From positions 99,262,001 to 99,326,000 of the forward strand of contig OZ024744.1 in the NCBI GenBank assembly GCA_964016885.1: DNA of 64,000 bases, given 5' to 3'. Below are positions 55,586-64,000 of this stretch, in pieces (position 1 is the stretch's first letter; the number at the start of each line of letters is the position of its first letter). This DNA comes from Eledone cirrhosa (taxonomy: Eukaryota). The notes beneath the pieces are model-generated. The model saw nothing but the letters and a program-made list of their open reading frames with translations. It did not search any database and was not told the DNA's origin. Position numbers and translations under genes: made by a program.

Positions 55586-56521
55586 TTGATGATAGGTGAA
55601 AATAGTCGCGAATGTGGAGCATTAAACTCAATATATTACAGTATAAATATTCCTTAACCCTTTAGCAGTTAGACCGGATGTATCTGGCCAGAATTCTCTC
55701 ACCTCTTCCTGTTCAAACTGGCTGTAACCACCCATTGATATTGATGATAGGTGAAAATAGTCGCGAATGTGGAGCATTAAACTCAATATATTACAGTATA
55801 AATATTCCTTAACCCTTTAGCAGTTAAACCGGATGTATCTGGCCAGAATTCTCTCACCTCTTTCTGTTCAAACTGGCTGTAACCACCCATTGATATTGAT
55901 GATAGGTGAAAATAGTCGCGAATGTGGAGCATTGAACTCAATATATTACAGTATAAATATTCCTTAACCCTTTAGCATTTAAACCGGATGTATCTGGCCA
56001 GAATTCTCTCACCTCTTTCTGTTCAAACTGGCTGTAACCACCCATTGATATTGATGATAGGTGAAAATAGTCGCGAATGTGGAGCATTGAACTCAATATA
56101 TTACAGTATAAATATTCCTTAACCCTTTAGCATTTAAACCGGATGTATCTGGCCAGAATTCTCTCACCTCTTCCTGTTCAAACTGGCTGTAACCACCCAT
56201 TGATATTGATGATAGGTGAAAATAGTCGCGAATGTGGAGCATTGAACTCAATATATTACAGTATAAATATTCCTTAACCCTTTAGCATTTAAACCGGATG
56301 TATCTGGCCAGAATTCTCTCACCTCTTCCTGTTCAAACTGGCTGTAACCATCCATTGATACTGATGATAGGTGAAAATAGTCGCGAATGTGGAGCATTGA
56401 ACTCAATATATTACAGTATAAATATTCCTTAACCCTTTAGCATTTAAACCGGATGTATCTGGCCAGAATTCTCTCACCTCTTCCTGTTCAAACTGGCTGT
56501 AACCATCCATTGATACTGATG
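55586..56521. repeat. 155-bp tandem repeat, 6 copies; unit is ~68 bp host flank plus ~87 bp MITE end
   Basis: GATAGGTGAA at 55591, 55746, 55901, 56056, 56211 and 56366. Each unit contains TTAACCCTTTAGCA. Confidence 0.95.
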
Positions 56522-56955
56522 TTAAGGTATTGTTCTCAATATAAATACTATCAAAATCCCGCAGATTTGATATTATATAAGATAATTAACTGAGGTAAAA
56601 GCCTTTACTGTGAAAATATAATAGTAAATATAAAGTAGTGTAAATGCTAGAGGGTTAACCTTTTAGCAGTTAAACCGGATGTATCTGGCCAGAATTCTCT
56701 CACCTCTTTCTGTTCAAACCAGCTGTGACTGGTCACCTCATCATCATCATCATCATTTTACGTCTGCTTTTCCCTCCTTGCAAGGGTGGGACGGGTCCTA
56801 TTCAGCACATACTGACATTAAGGTATTGTTCTAAAAGTAAAAATAATATCAAAATCTCAAAGATTTGAATCTATGCGAGATAATTATGTGAGGTAAAGCC
56901 TTTACCATGAAAATACAATAGTAAATATAGAGTAATGTAAATGCTAAAGAGTTAA
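56429..56955. mobile_element. Two head-to-tail TTAA MITEs (56429-56658 and 56655-56955) sharing one TTAA; the second carries a (CAT)n/LINE-tail fragment at ~56738-56800
   Basis: TTAACCCTTTAGCATTTA...TAAATGCTAGAGGG-TTAA-CCTTTTAGCAG...TAAATGCTAAAGAG-TTAA. Confidence 0.8.
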
Positions 56956-57043
56956 TAATATCCATGTTCAAATCACTTCTCTGTCTCCACATGGACTTTT
57001 AAAGTTACTTAAGAGTGATAGGTGAACAAATTGTGAAAATTTG

Positions 57044-58559
57044 CTATGCGATTCCATGTGATAGAGGATGTTAAGAGTGAATGTAATACAATCATATTAT
57101 TTTGTACTTTTCATGAATGTCTTGTTAATGTGGTTTCATGTGGTACAGGGTGTTAAGAGTTAATGTGATACAGTCATAGTACTGTTTTGTACTGTTCAAC
57201 AATGTCTTGTTAATGTGGTTTCATGTGGTACAGGATGTTAACAGTTAATGTGATACAGTCATAGTACTGTTTTGTACTGTTCAACAATGTCTTGTTAATG
57301 TGGTTTCATGTGGTACAGGATGTTAAGAGTTAATGTGATACAGTCATAGTACTGTTTTGTACTGTTCAACAATGTCTTGTTAATGTGGTTTCATGTGGTA
57401 CAGGATGTTAAGTGTTAATATGATACAGTCATAGTACTGTTTTGTACTTTTCAACAATGTCTTGTTAATGTGGTTTCATGTGGTACAGGATGTTAAGAGT
57501 TAATGTGATACAGTCATAGTACTGTTTTGTACTTTTCAACAATGTCTTGTTAATGTGGTTTCATGTGGTACAGGATGTTAAGAGTGAATGTGATACAGTC
57601 ATAGTACTGTTTTGTACTTTACAACAATATCTTGTTAATGTGGTTTCATGTGGTACAGGATGTTAAGAGTTAATGTGATACAGTCATAGTACTGTTTTGT
57701 ACTTTTCAACAATGTCTTGTTAATGTGGTTTCATGTGGTACAGGATGTTAAGAGTTAATGTGATACAGTCATAGTACTGTTTTGTACTTTACAACAATAT
57801 CTTGTTAATGTGGTTTCATGTGGTACAGGATGTTAAGAGTGAATGTGATACAGTCATAGTACTGTTTTGTACTTTACAACAATATCTTGTTAATGTGGTT
57901 TCATGTGGTACAGGATGTTAAGAGTTAATGTGATACAGTCATAGTACTGTTTTGTACTTTTCAACAATGTCTTGTTAATGTGGTTTCATGTGGTACAGGA
58001 TGTTAAGAGTTAATGTGATACAGTCATAGTACTGTTTTGTACTTTACAACAATATCTTGTTAATGTGGTTTCATGTGGTACAGGATGTTAAGAGTGAATG
58101 TGATACAGTCATAGTACTGTTTTGTACTTTACAACAATATCTTGTTAATGTGGTTTCATGTGGTACAGGATGTTAAGAGTTAATGTGATACAGTCATAGT
58201 ACTGTTTTGTACTTTTCAACAATGTCTTGTTAATGTGGTTTCATGTGGTACAGGATGTTAAGAGTTAATGTGATACAGTCATAGTACTGTTTTGTACTTT
58301 TCAACAATGTCTTGTTAATGTGGTTTCATGTGGTACAGGATGTTAAGAGTTAATGTGATACAGTCATAGTACTGTTTTGTACTTTTCAACAATGTCTTGT
58401 TAATGTGGTTTCATGTGGTACAGGATGTTAAGAGTTAATGTGATACAGTCATAGTACTGTTTTGTACTTTACAACAATGTCTTGTTAATGTGGTTTCATG
58501 TGGTACAGGATGTTAACAGTTAATGTGATACAGTCATAGTACTGTTTTGTACTTTTCAG
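57044..58559. repeat. 85-bp tandem repeat, about 18 copies (first one degenerate)
   Basis: TGGTTTCATGTGGTACAGG recurs every 85 bp from 57131 to 58491. Confidence 0.97.
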
Positions 58560-58676
58560 ATGAAATTCAATTTTGTGATATGCCGCCAGCAGGAAAAAAA
58601 CACATCTCCTTTTGCTCGTGTGTCCAGCAGATATATGAGTTCCTGAAAGGGTTTCCCAGCTGTCGTGTTTACTGGA
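58560..58676 (+). CDS. Candidate 117-nt phase 1-1 internal exon, (D)EIQFCDMPPAGKKHISFCSCVQQIYEFLKGFPSCRVYW; product unknown
   Basis: Unique, complex sequence between two repeats. Good acceptor TGTTTTGTACTTTTCAG|A, open frame, length divisible by 3, but weak donor GGA|GTAAAG. I do not recognise the peptide. Confidence 0.35.
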
Positions 58677-58684
58677 GTAAAGTG

Positions 58685-58734
58685 CTCTCTCTCTCTCTCT
58701 CTCTCTCTCCTTATATATATATATATATATATAT

Positions 58735-58817
<83 letters not shown>
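58685..58817. repeat. (CT)n then (TA)n microsatellite
   Basis: Read directly. Confidence 0.95.
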
Positions 58818-58818
<1 letters not shown>

Positions 58819-58901
58819 GTTATTCCGGGTTGAATCAGAGGTAACCACAGTAAGTAAGGTACTCAATACATAGCAGAGTATAAAAGTTTTAATATAGATG
58901 A

Positions 58902-58950
58902 GATTCTACAGGACTAGAACTGTTTCATTCTTTAGAAATCATCAGGAATC
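58902..58950 (-). ncRNA. Identical type I hammerhead motif on the opposite arm of the palindrome
   Basis: Exact reverse complement of 58954-59002. Confidence 0.75.
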
Positions 58951-58953
58951 CTG

Positions 58954-59002
58954 GATTCCTGATGATTTCTAAAGAATGAAACAGTTCTAGTCCTGTAGAA
59001 TC
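58954..59002 (+). ncRNA. Type I hammerhead ribozyme motif
   Basis: GATTC-CTGATGA(58959-65)-t TTC taaa GAA t-GAAA-CAG ttctagtc CTG-T-A^GAATC: stem I 5 bp, stem II 3 bp, stem III 4 bp, GUA cleavage triplet ending at 58997. Confidence 0.75.
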
Positions 59003-59005
59003 TCA

Positions 59006-59068
<63 letters not shown>

Positions 59069-59073
<5 letters not shown>

Positions 59074-59197
59074 AGGCGTGGGACCGAGCGATGCGTTGTT
59101 CCTTCTACCTGGAGTTGCGACCGATAGATAGTACTAGCAACTGGAAAGATTAATGGAAACATCGTTTCCTCAGTCCGATTTGACGAAAGTCGATCGA

Positions 59198-59208
<11 letters not shown>
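59069..59208 (+). mobile_element. Short CpG-rich element with A-tail, probably an internally deleted SINE, between (TA)n tracts
   Basis: Starts AGTGAAGGCG (SINE-head-like), has small hairpins (GGAAAC-atc-GTTTCC; GAC-GAAA-GTC) and ends in poly-A. Confidence 0.35.
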
Positions 59209-59229
<21 letters not shown>

Positions 59230-59281
59230 TGAATAACAACACAATCAGTACAGTATATGGAAGGCATATATTAGGTTAACA

Positions 59282-59321
59282 CTTGAAATAGCAGTTTCGG
59301 ACGCTAGTCCTTCATCAGAAG
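59282..59321 (-). ncRNA. Second, degenerate hammerhead-like motif
   Basis: Minus strand CTT-CTGATGA-a GGAC tagc GTCC-GAAA-ctgctatt-TC^AAG. Core and stem II are good, stem I is 3 bp, stem III is disrupted. Confidence 0.45.
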
Positions 59322-59406
59322 AAAGAATGAGAAATGAGATAGATTGAAGGGACGAGCGAGTTGGAATTGGAAAAAATGTCTTTAGATAAAAATAACAGGT
59401 CGATTC

Positions 59407-59481
59407 ATGTTGACATATGTATGTATGTTGACATATGTATGTATGTTGACATATGTATGTATGTTGACATATGTATGTATG
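59407..59481. repeat. 18-bp minisatellite ATGTTGACATATGTATGT, 4 copies
   Basis: Units start at 59407, 59425, 59443 and 59461. Confidence 0.9.
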
Positions 59482-59561
59482 AAAAGTACAAAACAGTACA
59501 AAGAATTCTTTGCTTAAACTTTAATCTCTTATTTTAATAAATATATATATATATATATATA

Positions 59562-60175
59562 TCATCATCATCATCATCATCACTGTTTGACATCCGTTCT
59601 TCCACGCAAGCATGGGTTAGATGAGTTGTCCTGTTGTGGGCAGTGTCTGGTCGGCTGACCATGCCTTGCTCATACGGGAACTGATTCTGGCTTGATTTCT
59701 ACAGCTGGATGCCCTTCCTAACACCAACCTCATTTACTGTGAGTGCTGGGTGCTTTTTTTCCGTGGCGCCTACATGTCCACTTTACAGATTGGGCTGGGT
59801 GCTTTTTTGCCATGGCACCGCCATGACCAATTTGCAGTGGGAGGGGGTAGTGACATATTGCCTATATGCTTTAGCTTCGGCTTGTACCCGTGGGAAGTCA
59901 GGTCTTCTGTATTACTGCATGACGCCACGGTCGTGTGTCATCGCCTTTGAGAGGTGCAATTGGGTACGGTCAGCTTTTATCACCTCATCCCAGGTCTTCT
60001 TGGGTCTCCACACTCCTCGGCTTCCATCATCGACTTCTAGTGTTCTGCACCTTTTATATAGCTGTCATCCTTCATATACATCACATGTCCATACCAAATC
60101 AACCTCCTCTCCTGCACACAGCATTTCTTTCCTTTTATGCTCAGTCTCTCTCTCAATTCGTTTATGCTTGTATAT
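59562..60175 (-). mobile_element. 5'-truncated RTE-clade LINE: ORF C-terminus, 3' UTR and (ATG)n tail
   Basis: Minus-strand translation INELRERLSIKG..CCVQERRLIWYGHVMYM...RPKKTWDEVIKAD matches the post-RT RLRWxGHV / GRPxxTW signature. Frameshifted. Confidence 0.85.
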
Positions 60176-60518
60176 ATATACAAGTATATCTGACAATATA
60201 AGATATGTTTATAAATAAACATTATGAAAGCCTTCAGCAATGAATTTGAAATATTATAGCGTAGCACCATCTAGTGTGTTCCAGCAGAAAATTTTAATAC
60301 AGATATGTTTTAGTTCTATTAAATCTCATCAGGAAACAATGAGAAAAATAAAGTCTAACTGTAATTGGATCACTCCATCAAGTATAATGCTTTTTTGATG
60401 CAGGCATTTCCTACTTAATTCATATTAATACTTGGGAGGATCATAACATGCTCATAAATGGAATGTATTTGGCAAGAGGTGTGTTTCTCTTTAGGCTGAC
60501 ATTTCTAAATGTCAACAT

Positions 60519-60694
60519 TTAACTCTTAACATCCTGTACCACATGAAACCACATTAACAAGATATTCTTGAAAAGTACAAAACAGTACTATGACTGTATC
60601 ACATTAATTCTTAACATCCTGTACCACATGAAACCACACTAACAACACATTCTTGAAAATTACAAAACAGTACTATGACAGTATCACATTAACT
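60519..60694 (-). repeat. Inverted copy (about 2 units) of the 85-bp repeat
   Basis: TTAACTCTTAACATCCTGTACCACATGAAACCACATTAACAAG... is the reverse complement of the 57.0-58.5 kb unit. Confidence 0.95.
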
Positions 60695-61332
60695 ATTAAA
60701 GTTTTTATTCTAAGCTACTTTATTTTACTGCAAATTTTCACAACCTATACTAAAAATATTCAATTTAACAAACCTAATTTTAGATAATTTCTGCTAAATC
60801 ATTTCAGGGCGTTAGTGGTTAAAATCAATAACTTTAATAACTCTATCACAACATTAAAGTAATTATTCCTGAGTTTATGGCGATATTTAACAAATTTAAA
60901 ATAACAAATATTTATATAAATATAAATATTTTAAGCCCCATGTAAGAATACCACGTCATTTTAAGGGGTTACTACTAATCAATGACGTATAGGGATCACA
61001 ATAAGCGAAAATAAATTTTGTTTTGAAACACAGGTGTTGAGTTCAAATACTTGCCAGGGTATTTTAATTTATCATTCATACTGGATGGTCAAGGAGTAGA
61101 TCGTTAATACTGGGTAGTTGAGGGGTAGAGTGCAGTACTAATCCTGAAGTACTTAACCGAATAAGTCCACTGGCACCTCTCACCAAAGAAAATGGAAGAA
61201 TTTATAGACTTGGACAAATGTTAGCACGCAATATGAAGCAGCAATTTGAATTAGGTCACACTAACCTATTTCCCTTATTATCTCACAAAATTATTTTATC
61301 AAACCAATTTTCGTTGTATATTTTCTGGTAAA

Positions 61333-62373
61333 TGTCTTGATCTGGAATTGTGTTGAAACTAAGACAATTACATCATGGAAGAGTCATTTTAGCTATAGTT
61401 GTACATGTCTGGCAAGTGACTTGATCTGAGACTGCGTTCAAACTAAAACAATTACATCATGGAAGAGCCATTTTAGCCACAGTTGTACAAGTCTGTCAAG
61501 TGTCTTGATCTGAGACTGTGTTGAAACTAAAACAATTACATCATCGAAGAGTCATTTTAGCTACAATTGTACATGTCTGGCAAGTGACTTGATCTGAGAC
61601 TGTGTTGAAACTAAAACAATTACATCATGGAAGTCATTTTAGCCACAGTTGTACATGTCTGGTGAGTGACTTGATCTGGGACTGTGTTGAAACTAAAACA
61701 ATTACATCATCGAAGTCATTTTAGCTACAGTTGTACATGTCTGGTGAGTGACTTGATCTGAGACAGTGTTGAAACTAAAACAATTACATCATGGAAGAGT
61801 CATTTTAGCTACAGTTGTACATGTCTGGCAAGTGACTTGATCTGAGACTGTGTTGAAACTAAAACAATTACATCATCGAAGAGTCATTTTAGCTACAGTT
61901 GTACATGTCTGTCAAGTGACTTGATCTGAGACTGTGTTGAAACTAAGACAATTACATCATCGAAGAGTCATTTTAGCTACAGTTGTACATGTCTGTCAAG
62001 TGCCTTGATCTGAGACTGTGTTGAAACTAAAACAATTACATCATGGAAGAGCCATTTTAGCTACAGTTGTACATGTCTGGCAAGTGACTTGATCTGAGAC
62101 TGTGTTGAAACTAAAACAATTACATCATCGAAGAGTCATTTTAGCTACAGTTGTACATGTCTGTCAAGTGCCTTGATCTGAGACTGTGTTGAAACTAAAA
62201 CAATTACATCATGGAAGAGTCATTTTAGCCACAGTTGTACAAGTCTGTCAAGTGTCTTGATCTGAGACTGTGTTGACACTAAAACAATTACATCATGGAA
62301 GAGTCATTTTAGCTACAGTTGTACATGTCTGGTGAGTGACTTGATCTGAGACTGTGTTGAAACTAAAACAATT
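61333..62373. repeat. 84-bp tandem repeat, about 12.4 copies (two 82-bp units)
   Basis: TTGATCTG at 61337, 61421, 61505, 61589, 61671, 61753, 61837, 61921, 62005, 62089, 62173, 62257 and 62341. Confidence 0.97.
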
Positions 62374-62430
62374 GCAGCTAAAAACACAAAATCTCTTAAC
62401 TTTACTCTATCGTTATGATTTATTTCTTGC

Positions 62431-62547
62431 TGTCGGAAATTCCATGGGTCTGTCTGTGATATGATCACTGACACAGTTCCACAGGTTAAGCTGCAGTAAA
62501 ACTGTCTCAGTGACCTGGTCACAGACAGAACCATGGAAATTTTGACA
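62431..62547 (+). other. Imperfect 117-nt fold-back (pre-miRNA-like hairpin or tiny MITE)
   Basis: TGTCGGAAATTCCATGG-g-TCTGTCTGTGA..TCACTGA-c-ACAGTT pairs with AACTGT-c-TCAGTGA..TCACAGACAGA-a-CCATGGAAATTTTGACA. Confidence 0.6.
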
Positions 62548-62796
62548 CCAAGAATTAAATGATAAAGGCCAACAGTTTTTGTTGTTGTTGTTTTTAAATG
62601 GTTGAAATGCTCTTACACACTGCAATTACTCTTGGATCTCAAATACCCCCCCCCCCACACACACACACTTATTAATTTTTCAGATATTGTCCACCCCCAC
62701 CTGATCTTATTCCCCCATCCCCACTTATTACATTTTGCTAAACTATCTCTGGTGAAATTTTAGTTTAAGTGGTAACATTCCAGCGATAATTTTCTT

Positions 62797-63035
62797 TCAT
62801 TATCATCATCACCATCATCATCAATTAATGTCTATCTTTCACACTAGCATGCGTTAGACGGGTTCCATTTAGAAGTGAGTTGGGTCGGGTGACCATGTCT
62901 CGCTCATATAGGAGTATTTCTGGTTGGTTTTCTATGGCTGGATGCCCTTCCTAACGCCAACCACATTGACAGTGTGGGCTATGCACTTTTTGCCGTGTCT
63001 TTTACACATCCACTTTACAGTGTGGGCTGGATGTT
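62797..63035 (-). mobile_element. RTE-LINE 3' UTR fragment with (ATG)n tail
   Basis: Shares GGCTGGATGCCCTTCCTAAC-CCAACC and the (CAT)n start with 59562-59760. Confidence 0.75.
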
Positions 63036-63077
63036 ATATACATGGTCTATATACACATATTTGTGGAGATACGCACA

Positions 63078-63690
63078 TATCATCATCACCTCCATCTTTA
63101 CGTTCATTTTCCACGCTAGTATGGGTTAGGTGGGATTGTCCTGTTGTGGGCAATCCTAGGTCAGGTGACCATGTCTTGTCCATTACGATCTGGTTCTGGC
63201 TTAGTTTCTGTAGCTGGATGTCTTCCAGCATCAACCTCAATTTACAGTGAGTACTGGGTGCTTTTTGTTGTGACACCCACACGACCACTTTACAGAGTGG
63301 GCCGGGCACATTTTGCTGTCACCATCGCGGCCATGGGGGCTTTACAGGATGCATTTACTTTGGCCTGTCCCCCTGGGAAGGGGGTTGTATGGGAGGGTGG
63401 TTTGGCGAGGGGCATACTGTATATATGCTTCAGTTTGTGCTTGTGGGAAGTCAGGTCTTCTGTATTACTGCGTATTGCCAGAGATCCCCATCATGTGTCA
63501 TCGAATTTGAAAAGTTCAATTGGGCAAGGTTGGCTTTTATCATCTCATCCCAGGTCTTCCTGGGTCTCCCAATTCCAAGTCTTCCAACGACTTTGAGTGC
63601 TCTGTACTTTTTTATGCAGCTGTCATTCTTCATACGCAACATATGTCCATACCAACGTAATCTCCTCTCTTACACACAACATTTGATTCT
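63078..63690 (-). mobile_element. 5'-truncated RTE-clade LINE, same family as 59562-60175
   Basis: Minus strand ERRLRWYGHMLRMKNDSCIKKYRALKVVGRLGIGRPRKTWDEMIKANL; collinear with the 59.6-60.2 kb copy. Confidence 0.85.
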
Positions 63691-64000
63691 TTATTCATTA
63701 AAAAACATTATACATGAGGAAAAAAGAGAATATTACTAGAAATAAATAGGATGGAGCGTGATCTCAATATGTAAACTAAATCATTAATTCTGGTTTTTTA
63801 AAAAATTAATTGAGACAACCTAGAAAAATTACTGATTTCTGCACCCCCATCCTGGCTTATTCCAACTCCCCAGCTTATTCGTACCCCTACCCCGCTTATT
63901 CCAGTCCCCACTCCACCCACTTATCCCCCTATTATTTGGGACCTGAGAGTAAATGAAATGTACTGTTAGTTGAGTTTGAATTGAATGACAAATTCATTAT

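Larger units (their letters stand above)
58818..59012 (-). mobile_element. Penelope-like element terminal-repeat fragment with a 60-bp inverted duplication, between (TA)n tracts
   Basis: Contains a hammerhead motif and a perfect palindrome at 58892-59012. Hammerheads and inverted truncated termini are known features of Penelope-like elements. No RT or GIY-YIG ORF is present. Confidence 0.6.

Noticed and set aside
58848-58858. Consensus donor A|GTAAGT as the end of the candidate exon
   Set aside because: It would force the (CT)n(TA)n tract into the exon and lies inside the Penelope-like fragment.
54078-63739. Short ORFs in the right-hand 10 kb (54078, 55054, 59007, 59709, 59750, 59935, 62313, 62413, 62924, 63034, 63144, 63313, 63389)
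   Set aside because: They overlap SINEs, microsatellites, tandem repeats, the hairpin, or the antisense/UTR parts of RTE fragments. Only the minus-strand RTE peptides are recognisable.

Overview
Repeat-dominated eukaryotic DNA. The SINE, MITE and microsatellite content resembles what I recall from coleoid cephalopods, probably Octopus (inference, not verified). Positions 1-53.4 kb are a single array of a 33-bp unit (consensus GGTCATAGTGTTGGTGGGAGTGGTGGTGGTTAT, ~1,600 copies) that runs off the left edge. It has higher-order repeats and about 20 single-base indels. Four of its six frames are open (GHSVGGSGGGY, VIVLVGVVVVM, ITTTTPTNTMT, HNHHHSHQHYD), which explains nearly all long ORFs in the track. 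Whether it is a giant mucin or Gly/His/Tyr exon or a non-coding satellite cannot be decided here; the substitution pattern leans non-coding. The last 10.6 kb is AT-rich and contains tRNA-SINEs, TTAA piggyBac-type MITEs, RTE-LINE 3' fragments and three young tandem arrays (155, 85 and 84 bp). It also holds a perfect 121-bp palindrome with a complete type I hammerhead ribozyme on each strand (Penelope-like), a candidate 117-nt exon whose acceptor region is tandemly amplified and has an antisense copy downstream, and a 117-nt pre-miRNA-like hairpin. No confidently identifiable host gene.
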